From NCBI GenBank assembly GCA_000993405.1, contig LBWB01000001.1, forward strand, positions 5,229 to 69,228: 64,000 nucleotides of DNA. Direction: 5' to 3'. The translations under genes and the position numbers were made by a program. Shown here in pieces: positions 27,925-37,018 of the stretch. The first letter of the stretch is position 1. Every line of letters starts with the position of its first letter. Source of the DNA: Candidatus Woesebacteria bacterium GW2011_GWB1_39_12 (GTDB lineage: Bacteria; Patescibacteriota; Microgenomatia; UBA8517). The notes beneath the pieces are model-generated. The model worked only from the letters and a program-made list of their open reading frames with translations. It did not search any database and had not been told where the DNA came from.

Positions 27925-30552
27925 TTGCGGTCAAAGGATAATTTGCTAAAATGGTTTATTATGTCACGCTGGAGAGAAGTAGCAAAAAGAAAAAGGCTTA
28001 AAAAAAGATGGTCTTATGTACCTGAGAGGGTAAAGAAGAGTCGGTCTTTGGTGAAATGGGCAAAGCTTTTATTCCTGGGTGTGATAGCTTTGTTTGTTGG
28101 ATCTTTCGTAATACTACCTCTTTTTGCTTTTAATTTACCTTCCCCAGACAAAATAATACGACGGGAGGGATTTTCTACAAAAATATTGGATAGAAATGGT
28201 GAAGTTCTTTACGACATTTTTGCCGAACAAAAAAGAACACCTGTATCTTTATCGGATATTCCGGATGATCTAAAAGAAGCAACGGTTGCAATCGAAGACA
28301 AAAATTTCTATAAACATAAAGGATTTGACCCCTTCGGAATGCTCAGGGGAATTTCGCGAATATTTACACGAGGTTATGCTCAGGGAGGATCGACCTTAAC
28401 TCAGCAGCTTGTCAAAAATGTTCTTTTGACGCCGGAAAGGTCAATTGTTAGAAAAATAAAAGAGTTCGTTTTAGCAATACAGATCGAAAGGAAATATTCC
28501 AAGGACGAAATCCTGCAGATGTATCTCAATGAAGCTCCATATGGCGGGACAGCCTGGGGCGTTGAAACGGCCGCAGAGACTTATTTTGATAAGGGAGTGA
28601 AAGATTTGAACCTGATTGAGTCAGCGATTCTGGCAGGGCTTCCCCAAAGACCCTCTTACTATTCTCCTTACTCAGGTTATCCCGATGCTTATATAGATCG
28701 GACCAAGCAAGTTCTTAGACGTATGCGCGAAGATGGTTACATTACCAAAGAGGAAGAAGAAAATGGGATTAAAGAGCTTTCTGATGTCGAAATTCAGGAA
28801 AGAGGTGCCAATTTCAAAGCTCCTCATTTTGTTCAGTATATCCAAAGAATTCTTGAAGAGCGATATGGCGAACGGGTCACCGAGCAGGGTGGTTTAAAAG
28901 TGACTACAACACTTGATTTAGAACTTCAGGAGGCCGCGCAGGATATCGTTAAAGAGGAAATTGATAAAGTAGTTAATCTTCATATTACCAACGGCGCAGC
29001 AGTCGTTCTTGATCCTCAAACAGGGGAAATTCTGGCGATGGTTGGATCCCGTGGGTTTGACGATCCCGAAATTGACGGACAGGTTAATGTCACCCTGTCA
29101 CCGAGACAACCGGGGAGTGCTTTTAAACCTTTAACGTATGTAACTGCTTTTAAAAAAGGTTATTCCGCCTCAAAGCTAATTTTGGATGTTCCGACAGAAT
29201 TTCCAGGTGGCATAGGCCAACCTATCTATAAACCTGTAAATTATGATGGAAAAAGCAGGGGTCCTGTGCAAGTTCGCTACGCTCTTGGGAACTCGATAAA
29301 TCTTCCTGCCGTAAAAATGCTTGCTATGGTTGGAATTAAAGATACACTCTCAACAGCTTATGACCTGGGTATTTCTACTTTACCGCCAAATGAGGATACT
29401 TTGAGTCGTGTGGGTCTATCTTTAACTCTTGGTGGAGGGGAGGTGAAACTTCTTGAACTTACTAGCGCATACGCCGCGTTTATGAATCAGGGTTTCAGGA
29501 TTGACCCCGTTGCGATCCTTAAAATAGAAGATTCTGCAGGGAAAGTGCTTGAGGATGTAAAGCCCGAAAAAGGAAGGCGCGTTTTGACTCCCGAGCAAGC
29601 CTATTTAATCGCAGACATTTTATCGGACAATGAAGCCAGAAAAGATGTGTTTGGCACTAACTCGCTTCTTAATATCCCCGGGCGTCAAATTGCGGTTAAA
29701 ACCGGAACCACGAATGATAAGAGGGATAATTGGACGGTGGGCGGAAATTCTCAGAGGTTAGCCGGAGTTTGGGTGGGAAATAACGATAATAGTGAGATGC
29801 TTCAAGTTGCATCAGGCGTAACCGGAGCCTCCCCTATTTGGAGAAGAATTCTTCTCGAGAGTTTGAAAGATAAGCCTAATATAAGTTTCGAAGTTCCGGG
29901 CGGGATTGTGACGAAATCCATTGATTCGGTTTCTGGTTATTCTGCCCACGATGGTTTCCCTTCCCGAATTGAGAAATTTATAGTCGGAACAGAACCGGGA
30001 GACGATCCTGTTCACGTAAAATTAAAAGTGTGTAAAAGTGATGGACGCTTGGCGACTCCGTCGGATATTGCTTCGGGAAATTACGACGAAAAAGAATTTT
30101 TTGTATTTAAAGAAGAAGATCCGACCGGAGGAATAGACGGGGTTAATAAATGGCAGGAGGGAATATTAAGCTGGATTGGTACTCAGTCAGACCAAAAGTA
30201 TAAACCTCCGACAGAATATTGTGGTTCAAGTAACCCCATCAACGTTGAATTCACAACGCCCCATGACCACGATTCTGATCTTCCCAATAATTTTGCTGTT
30301 GAAATTCGTGCAGACTCTACGAATGACATAGTCTTAGTTGAGTTGGAAGCCGATGGGGTAAGAGTAAGATCGTTCACGAGGCCACCTTTTAGAGAAGATG
30401 TGAGCCTGGCGGATGGAATTCATACACTGCGTGCAAAAGCAAAGGACTCCTCGGGTAAAGAGTCGGATAGGAGTATAACAATCGGTGTAAAGGTTCCCTG
30501 GGATTATTCCCCCTCCCTAATTCCGACGGAGACACCTACCCCAACTCCTTGA
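27925..30552 (+). CDS. ponA: class A penicillin-binding protein (PBP1A-type transglycosylase/transpeptidase) with a C-terminal extension and PT-rich tail
   Basis: GT51 motifs EDKNFYKHKGFD and GGSTLTQQLVKN, and transpeptidase motifs SAFKP, SINLP and KTGTTN. The C-terminal tail is TETPTPTP. Confidence 0.9.
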   Translation: MRSKDNLLKWFIMSRWREVAKRKRLKKRWSYVPERVKKSRSLVKWAKLLFLGVIALFVGSFVILPLFAFNLPSPDKIIRREGFSTKILDRNGEVLYDIFAEQKRTPVSLSDIPDDLKEATVAIEDKNFYKHKGFDPFGMLRGISRIFTRGYAQGGSTLTQQLVKNVLLTPERSIVRKIKEFVLAIQIERKYSKDEILQMYLNEAPYGGTAWGVETAAETYFDKGVKDLNLIESAILAGLPQRPSYYSPYSGYPDAYIDRTKQVLRRMREDGYITKEEEENGIKELSDVEIQERGANFKAPHFVQYIQRILEERYGERVTEQGGLKVTTTLDLELQEAAQDIVKEEIDKVVNLHITNGAAVVLDPQTGEILAMVGSRGFDDPEIDGQVNVTLSPRQPGSAFKPLTYVTAFKKGYSASKLILDVPTEFPGGIGQPIYKPVNYDGKSRGPVQVRYALGNSINLPAVKMLAMVGIKDTLSTAYDLGISTLPPNEDTLSRVGLSLTLGGGEVKLLELTSAYAAFMNQGFRIDPVAILKIEDSAGKVLEDVKPEKGRRVLTPEQAYLIADILSDNEARKDVFGTNSLLNIPGRQIAVKTGTTNDKRDNWTVGGNSQRLAGVWVGNNDNSEMLQVASGVTGASPIWRRILLESLKDKPNISFEVPGGIVTKSIDSVSGYSAHDGFPSRIEKFIVGTEPGDDPVHVKLKVCKSDGRLATPSDIASGNYDEKEFFVFKEEDPTGGIDGVNKWQEGILSWIGTQSDQKYKPPTEYCGSSNPINVEFTTPHDHDSDLPNNFAVEIRADSTNDIVLVELEADGVRVRSFTRPPFREDVSLADGIHTLRAKAKDSSGKESDRSITIGVKVPWDYSPSLIPTETPTPTP

Positions 30553-30588
30553 CAGTATGCTATAATCCCTCAATCTGCCACTCTAAAT

Positions 30589-30837
30589 ATGAGTGAAGAA
30601 AGAAAGTACCCGGAAAGTATCGAATTTTCGAATTTGAGGAGCGAGCATCATTTAAGGACAAGAAGAGGAATGAGATCTGTTAATCTTAGATTTATTCCTG
30701 ATGGAATGTTGGATGCAATGATAAGTGAGCAAGGAGAGATCGATACTTCTAAGCCTGTTAGAGTACTTCTCGATAAAGACAATAACTTTATAGGATTGGA
30801 TGAAACAAGGAGAGATCAGGGTTCTTCTAGTTCTTGA
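30589..30837 (+). CDS. hypothetical small protein (82 aa)
   Basis: The ORF is preceded by an extended -10-like TGCTATAAT at 30561-30569. Its 3' end converges on and overlaps the pheT stop. No motif. Confidence 0.35.
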   Translation: MSEERKYPESIEFSNLRSEHHLRTRRGMRSVNLRFIPDGMLDAMISEQGEIDTSKPVRVLLDKDNNFIGLDETRRDQGSSSS

Positions 30838-32779
30838 TTCTTACTCCCCTATGGTTTAATTCTTTAATAATTTTCTCCCTTATTTTTTCGACTTCATCAT
30901 TTTCTAAAGTTTTATTTTTGTCCTGGTACCAGATTCTAAATGTATATGAATCTTTATAAATATCTTTTAGCTCAACCTCGGCAATTTTGTCATCGACCAA
31001 TTTAATAGATAGAACTACCTCCCCTATTTTCGTCCTTTCGGGTATAACGAAAGTCAAATCCTCAATTTGAGGCGGATATTTTGGCCAAAGGTTTACAGAC
31101 GGCTTTAAATTTTTACTAAGAAGTGAATCCAGGTCTATCTCAAGATAGTAGCAGTCTTCTATTTCTCCTCCCAGCGCGACTACTTGTCCACTAGAAGTTA
31201 TGTTATACGAATTTGTGATATTTGTTATCGGTAAATCCGCTGTGGAAAATTTAAAATTCTTTAAATTCATTTTAGAAAATAGACTTTCGATATAACCCTT
31301 GAATTTAAAAAAATTTGCGTTACCTTTAGACCAGTAGATTATTCCTGCCTTTCTTAATTCGTGATATTTGTTTGTCTTTTTAAAATAAATTTTTCCAATC
31401 TCGAATAGGCGCACCTCAGTTCCTCTCTCATTAATAATTTTTTGGGTAAATTCTAATAAATTTGGTAGCATTGTCATTCTCATTTCTTCGATGTCGGGTG
31501 ACGGCCTATTAACGACTTTTACCGGAGAGCCCGAGTTTATCAAACTTTTATTTAGCTCGCGCATATCCTCTTTGACAAATGGTAAACTTATGACTTCATC
31601 GAAACCAATAGAAGTTAGATTATCTTTTAAGTCCTTTTCTTGATTGATATAAGAAAGTGTTATATCTTTGGGAACCTCCAAAGAAAGAACTCTGGAAGGA
31701 ATTTTATCGTAGCTGTCAATTCTTAAAACTTCTTCTATTAAATCCTCTTCAGATTTAACGTCGGTTCTATAATTAGGACAGGCTACTTCTAAGTCTTTTA
31801 AGTCCTCTTTAAGTATTTTGAAATCAAGTCGTTTTAAAATTTCGACAACCTTTTTTGGTTCGGTGATGCTTCCGGATAGAGAGTTCAGATAGTCAAAATT
31901 TAGACTGAGTTTCCATGGCTTGGTGACATTCGGATAGTAGTCTAAGACATTATTTTCAATTTTTCCCCATTTGTTTTCCTTAATAAGCTCCAAAAATCTG
32001 TATATTCCAAATTCAACCAAATTTGGATCGAGATTTTTTTCGTGTCTAATGCCTGCGTCGGTCAAAAGGTTGTGGCGGTGGACACTCCGGCGGATATTAG
32101 CCTGATTGTAGCTGGCACCTTCAAGAAGCACATTTTTTGTTTCGTTTGAAATTGAATGGACTTTGCCTCCGATTGCTCCCGCAATAGACAAAACTGAAGT
32201 TTGATTTGCCCAGACTAAATCATCTTCAGTCAAATTTATCGTTTCTTCCAGAAATGTGGTCATTTGCTCACCTTTTTTGGCCTGTCTGATAGTTAAATTT
32301 TTGCCAACCCTATCAAAATCAAAAGTATGCAGAGGTTGCCCGGTCTCGATCATTACGTAATTACTCAAATCGACAATGTTATTTATACTTGGGACCCCGT
32401 ATTCTTCGAGTCTTTGTTTTAGCCATAAAGGTGAGGGAGTTAGTTTAATATCACTTATGGTTGCAATCATGACTCTTCGAAGATAATTAGTGTCAGCCTT
32501 GAGCTTAATATCATTTAATTTGGGAGCCTTTGAAGCTTTATTGAAGATTTTTGGATAATTAACGGGTGTTTTAAAAATAGCTGAAACTTCCCTGGCAATC
32601 CCAAGGATGGAATAACAGTCTGCCCTATTTCCCCGTAGTTCAAGATCTATGACAATATTGTTATTAACTTTATCCAACTTATCCAACATGTGGCCCGCCA
32701 TAGTCAATTTGTCGGTAAGATCGGTTAACTTACCGGGAAGTTTGACGTACTCTTTAAGCCAATTAATCGGAATTCGCAT
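30827..32779 (-). CDS. pheT: phenylalanyl-tRNA synthetase beta subunit (short form, 650 aa)
   Basis: MRIPINWLKEYV is the PheT B1-domain start. B3/4 and B5 core domains are present and the protein is shorter than the E. coli enzyme. Confidence 0.9.
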   Translation of the reverse strand: MRIPINWLKEYVKLPGKLTDLTDKLTMAGHMLDKLDKVNNNIVIDLELRGNRADCYSILGIAREVSAIFKTPVNYPKIFNKASKAPKLNDIKLKADTNYLRRVMIATISDIKLTPSPLWLKQRLEEYGVPSINNIVDLSNYVMIETGQPLHTFDFDRVGKNLTIRQAKKGEQMTTFLEETINLTEDDLVWANQTSVLSIAGAIGGKVHSISNETKNVLLEGASYNQANIRRSVHRHNLLTDAGIRHEKNLDPNLVEFGIYRFLELIKENKWGKIENNVLDYYPNVTKPWKLSLNFDYLNSLSGSITEPKKVVEILKRLDFKILKEDLKDLEVACPNYRTDVKSEEDLIEEVLRIDSYDKIPSRVLSLEVPKDITLSYINQEKDLKDNLTSIGFDEVISLPFVKEDMRELNKSLINSGSPVKVVNRPSPDIEEMRMTMLPNLLEFTQKIINERGTEVRLFEIGKIYFKKTNKYHELRKAGIIYWSKGNANFFKFKGYIESLFSKMNLKNFKFSTADLPITNITNSYNITSSGQVVALGGEIEDCYYLEIDLDSLLSKNLKPSVNLWPKYPPQIEDLTFVIPERTKIGEVVLSIKLVDDKIAEVELKDIYKDSYTFRIWYQDKNKTLENDEVEKIREKIIKELNHRGVRIKN

Positions 32780-32780
32780 A

Positions 32781-33773
32781 TTAATATTTGATGTCGCCGT
32801 TATATAAACTTCTGATGTCAGAAATTTTAAATCTATCCATGACTATTCGATCCAGGCCCATTCCAAAGGCATATCCGCTTATCTTTTTTGGGTCGTAGCC
32901 GAAGCTTCTTAATATGTTTGGATGTATCATTCCGCTTCCCAGCATTTCTATCCAACCCCGACCTTTACATACAGAACACCCTTTTTTATTACAGAATAAA
33001 CAGTCAAGGTCGAGCCCTGCCCCGGGTTCTACTTCCGGATAATATTTACATCGGAAGCGTATTTCGCGCTTTTCGCCAAAAAAGCTTCTGACGAAGGAAT
33101 AAAGAGCGCCTTTCAGGTCGGCCATTGAAATACCTTTTTGAACGGCAAAACCTTGGAATTGATAAAACATTGCGTTATTTGTGGCATTAACGTTTTCGTA
33201 TCTGTAGCATTTACCCGCAACGACGACCCGGAATGGAGGCTTTAGCGTTTCTAAGGCACGGGATTCAACTGAGGACGTGTGGGTGCGCAAAACCACATCC
33301 GGTTCTTCAATGTAGAGTGCGTCCTGGAGGCTCCTTGCCGGGTGATCTTTCGGTAAATTCAGTTTCTCGAAATTATAAACATCGGATTCTATTTCCGGTC
33401 CTTCTATTATTGAAAAACCCAAGTGCTTAAATATTTCGTACATCTCATTGATGACTTGAGTTGTTGGATGCAGTTTGCCGATTTTGTACTTTTTTCCCGG
33501 AATAGTGGGATCAAACCACTCTCGCTTGACGACTTTCAATTGGTTTTTTTTGGAGGTTATGGTTTCAAAGATGGCGTTTTTACTTTCGTTAATAAGTCTT
33601 CCGACCTCTTTCTTTTCAGAATCACTTAATCCCTTAATCTCTTTAATTAACTTTGTCAGCTTTCCGTTTCTGCCAAGATATGCAATACGAAGCCCTTCCA
33701 ATTCATTAGAGTCTTTGGCCTCCATTATTTGAGCCAAGGCTTCGTTTTTTAGGTTCTGTATTTCTTCCCGCAT
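32781..33773 (-). CDS. pheS: phenylalanyl-tRNA synthetase alpha subunit
   Basis: Class II aaRS motifs (FRCKYYPEVEPGAGLD, GSGMIHPNIL). It lies immediately upstream of pheT. Confidence 0.9.
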   Translation of the reverse strand: MREEIQNLKNEALAQIMEAKDSNELEGLRIAYLGRNGKLTKLIKEIKGLSDSEKKEVGRLINESKNAIFETITSKKNQLKVVKREWFDPTIPGKKYKIGKLHPTTQVINEMYEIFKHLGFSIIEGPEIESDVYNFEKLNLPKDHPARSLQDALYIEEPDVVLRTHTSSVESRALETLKPPFRVVVAGKCYRYENVNATNNAMFYQFQGFAVQKGISMADLKGALYSFVRSFFGEKREIRFRCKYYPEVEPGAGLDLDCLFCNKKGCSVCKGRGWIEMLGSGMIHPNILRSFGYDPKKISGYAFGMGLDRIVMDRFKISDIRSLYNGDIKY

Positions 33774-33803
33774 AAATAAAAAAACTCTCCGGCGGAGAGT
33801 TTT
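33774..33803 (-). terminator. hairpin plus U-tract abutting the pheS start codon (rplT terminator / pheST attenuator-like)
   Basis: The minus-strand RNA reads aacucuccgccggagaguu, then U7, then auuu, then AUG of pheS. The stem is 8 bp and no SD is visible. Confidence 0.6.
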
Positions 33804-33873
33804 CTAGTTCCTCACTGCTCCACCGTTCTATATTAGTCTAAAGCTAAATTCGGTGGAAGTGAAGATCATCATA

Positions 33874-34212
33874 CTATTTAATTTCGGATACGATCTTTCC
33901 GAAAGTATCGGGATCGTTGACTGCGATGTCGGCAAGAATTTTTCTATCCAGTTCGATTTTTTCTTTTTTTAGCCCTGCTATGAATTTACTATAACTTATG
34001 CCGTGTTCACGAACTGCGGCATTTAATCTTATTATCCAAAGGCTTCTCAAATCTCTTTTTCTAAGTTTTCTGCCAACATAAGCATATTGGCCGGCATGCA
34101 GGAGCGCCTCTTTGGCGGTCTTTACACGACGGCTCCTGGCATTTTTAAAGCCTTTGGCTGCCTTTAAAATTCTACGATGTCTTCGCTGTGCGATTGATTT
34201 AACTCTAGTCAT
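33874..34212 (-). CDS. rplT: 50S ribosomal protein L20
   Basis: [36 protein letters not shown] is the L20 signature. The true start is the internal Met of the track ORF. Confidence 0.9.
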   Translation of the reverse strand: MTRVKSIAQRRHRRILKAAKGFKNARSRRVKTAKEALLHAGQYAYVGRKLRKRDLRSLWIIRLNAAVREHGISYSKFIAGLKKEKIELDRKILADIAVNDPDTFGKIVSEIK

Positions 34213-34282
34213 AATTAGTGTACTGTGATTGGTGAACGGTGAACTGTGAATTTGACGCAGTACACTGACCACCGAACACTGA

Positions 34283-34477
34283 TCACTTCCCTAGTGCCTT
34301 CTTTATCTTTTTGGCCCAGGGATTTTTCGTTTCTACCACTCTTGATAATCTTCTTTTTCTACTGGCTGATTTCTTGACATTCAAATGCCTTCTAAATCCT
34401 TGCAAACGCAGAACCTTGCCTTTTTTGGTTATTCTAAAGCGTTTCGTAATTGATTTTCTTGTTTTTTGCTTAGGCAT
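34283..34477 (-). CDS. rpmI: 50S ribosomal protein L35
   Basis: [24 protein letters not shown] fits the L35 family. The RBS is aaaggaggg. Confidence 0.9.
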   Translation of the reverse strand: MPKQKTRKSITKRFRITKKGKVLRLQGFRRHLNVKKSASRKRRLSRVVETKNPWAKKIKKALGK

Positions 34478-34605
34478 AAGCCCTCCTTTTAGTCGGGAAA
34501 TCCTAAATTCAAATTTCTAAATTCGAAATAATACCAAAATTCTAATTCTTTAAACTCAAAACAATTTTTGATTTTGGTAATTTGGATTTGTTTAGAATTT
34601 TGTGC

Positions 34606-35169
34606 TTAGGATTTAGAATTTATGGTTGTTTCTTCCTTTTTAGGTGAACTCTTCTTAACGGGTGAAATGACCATTGCCAGGTGTCTTCCGAAAAATTTCG
34701 GATCCATGTCTATTGCAATTCTAGTTCCCAAATCATCCTTTATTCTTCTTAAAAGATCATATCCGAAATTTGTACTTCCCATCTGCTTACCCATAAAAAC
34801 TACGACTAATCTAACTTTGTTGCTTTCGTCTAAAAACACTTTTACTTTCTCCAGCCTCGTTTGGTAATCGTGATTTGCAATAAAAGGTGAAAATCTTACC
34901 TCTTTAAGCTCGCTTGATTTTGCTTTTTTCTTAAGTTTTTGCAACCTCTTTTCTTCCTGATAACGAAATTTCCCCAATTCTACGATTTTTGTAACGGGAG
35001 GTTTGGCATTTGGGGCAATTTCTACTAAATCTAAACCTTCCTCATGAGCCTTTGAAAGAGCCTCATTAATTTTAAGAATCCCAAGCTGTTTACCATCCGC
35101 ACCAATAACCCTAACCTCGGGTGCTCTTATTTGATTGTTTAATCGCCAGTTAAAAAGACCGGTTTTCAA
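34606..35169 (-). CDS. infC: translation initiation factor IF-3
   Basis: IRAPEVRVIGADGKQLGILKINEALSKAHEEGLDLVEIAPNAKPPVTKIVELGKFRYQ are the IF3 N- and C-domain motifs. Confidence 0.85.
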   Translation of the reverse strand: MKTGLFNWRLNNQIRAPEVRVIGADGKQLGILKINEALSKAHEEGLDLVEIAPNAKPPVTKIVELGKFRYQEEKRLQKLKKKAKSSELKEVRFSPFIANHDYQTRLEKVKVFLDESNKVRLVVVFMGKQMGSTNFGYDLLRRIKDDLGTRIAIDMDPKFFGRHLAMVISPVKKSSPKKEETTINSKS

Positions 35170-35180
35170 TTTTGTTGAAT

Positions 35181-36263
35181 CTAGCTATATTTTACATGAA
35201 CGTACTTCTTAATCAAGTGGCTATTAATATCACCTGCAATTTGGGGTCCCTCAAAAATCATACCTGTTATTAGTTGAACCAAGTCGGCTCCACATTTTAA
35301 CTTTTCTATAGCATCGTTAGCATCAAACACTCCCCCACAGCCGATGATGGCGATATTTTTGCCAAAAGTTTTTCTTGAATGAGCTATTAATTTATTCGAA
35401 TTTTCAGAAGTTGGTTTGCCGCTGAAATTTCCTTTGAGATTGTTAACCTTCTCAATTTCAGAAGGGACGAAAAATTTATTGCCTCTATCCTTGACTAGAT
35501 TAGAAAATATATAACCACGGACGGCTTTTTTGAGGCCGATTTCAATTAGAGTGTCGGATTGTTCTGGCGTAATTTCACTTGGCATTTTAACAAATAGAGG
35601 TTTTTTTAAATTTAACTCAGTAACTGCCTTGATCAAATTAAAAAGATTTTTGGGCGTTGTAAACGATTCGGTCATAGCAGTATTGGGACAACTTATGTTT
35701 AGTTCAAAATAGCTAACGTACTCCCTATCTTTGAAAGTATTGAAAGTAAATATATAATCACTTATTGCCCGATTTATGGTGTTTATGGTTGGTAAATTGG
35801 AGCTCCCTACACTTATTCCGGTCGTATGACCATTCAGCCTTTTTTTATCAAGTCTTTGTGCAACCTTTAATGCACCTTCGGATTTGAAACCCTTATTCAC
35901 AAGAAGTGACCGAGATTTTATAAGTCTTCCAAGCCTAGGCTTATTATTCCCACCGTAAGCTTTGGCAGTCACAGTACCAACAGTATTAAATCCAAAACCA
36001 ATATGTTTCATTACGCTGGCTAAATGTCCATCGTAATCAAACCCAGCGGCCAGTCCGATTGGATTGTTAAAATTGACTCCAAGAACATTTTTGTTTAACC
36101 CCCGGTCGTTGAAAGAAAATATACTCTCCAATAACCAGTCAAAGTTTTCCGATCCCTCTCCCATTTGTGTAAAAATATCGTGTATTTTCTCTGAATCGAT
36201 AGAAAATAATATTGGCCTAAGCATGTGTTTATAAGTAAGATTCAAAACCTTGTATTTGATCAT
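35181..36263 (-). CDS. pyrD: dihydroorotate dehydrogenase
   Basis: NPIGLAAGFDYDG and IIGCGGV..GADLVQ are DHODH TIM-barrel motifs. Confidence 0.8.
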   Translation of the reverse strand: MIKYKVLNLTYKHMLRPILFSIDSEKIHDIFTQMGEGSENFDWLLESIFSFNDRGLNKNVLGVNFNNPIGLAAGFDYDGHLASVMKHIGFGFNTVGTVTAKAYGGNNKPRLGRLIKSRSLLVNKGFKSEGALKVAQRLDKKRLNGHTTGISVGSSNLPTINTINRAISDYIFTFNTFKDREYVSYFELNISCPNTAMTESFTTPKNLFNLIKAVTELNLKKPLFVKMPSEITPEQSDTLIEIGLKKAVRGYIFSNLVKDRGNKFFVPSEIEKVNNLKGNFSGKPTSENSNKLIAHSRKTFGKNIAIIGCGGVFDANDAIEKLKCGADLVQLITGMIFEGPQIAGDINSHLIKKYVHVKYS

Positions 36264-36288
36264 AAGTTAAATTAGAATCATCTTATCA

Positions 36289-36768
36289 ATGACGAGATCA
36301 AAAATCCAGATTCGCGAGGACATTTTTGATTTTATTAAGTCAAATGGAGTTATGACTTTAGCAACACAATCTAAAGATGGTCCTTGGGTATGCACCGTAT
36401 ATTATGGAGTGGACAAGAATATGAATTTGTATATCGTTACCGATCCCCACTCAATTCATGGCAAAGATATGACCAGAAATAACAAAGTGGCATTTAATAT
36501 ATACGACTCGCACCAAAAAATTACAAAACCCAAAAAAGGAGTTCAGGGATCTGGAACAATAGAGATAGTTAAGGGAATTCTCAACGTAACTAAGGCATTA
36601 GCTCTCTGGCATAAACAAAATCCGGGTGTTGAAAAGAATATAACAATCAAGGAAGTTAAAAAAATCGCAGACACTAAGGTTTGGAAGATTATGCCCAAGT
36701 ATTTAAAGTTTTTCAATAAAAAACTTTACACTCCAGATGCGTACGGTATTTGGGAAGCTGGAAATTAA
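36289..36768 (+). CDS. pyridoxamine 5'-phosphate oxidase-like FMN-binding split-barrel protein
   Basis: A 159-aa protein where MTLATQSKDGPWVCTVYYGVD..NLYIVTDPHSIHGKD fits the PNPOx-like/GSP26 family. It is followed by the terminator caacccgacgggttg plus a T-run at 36784-36812. Confidence 0.55.
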   Translation: MTRSKIQIREDIFDFIKSNGVMTLATQSKDGPWVCTVYYGVDKNMNLYIVTDPHSIHGKDMTRNNKVAFNIYDSHQKITKPKKGVQGSGTIEIVKGILNVTKALALWHKQNPGVEKNITIKEVKKIADTKVWKIMPKYLKFFNKKLYTPDAYGIWEAGN

Positions 36769-37018
36769 GTTGAACCTATTCAACCCGACGGGTTGTTTGG
36801 CTTTTTCATATCACAGGCCGAATCATTGTGGTCAACCAGCACGATATTCCCCAATCCCCTTTTTCTCACCTTTGTAAATATACCAACACTACTGTTTCCT
36901 GATTATCCCCCCACAATTTACAGTTCCTACTATATTTTTAAACTGAACACATAATTGCATTCTACTTTCAACTTAGCAACTTCGTTCTCCAGTTCCTCCA
37001 CCAAATTTCTATCAAGCT

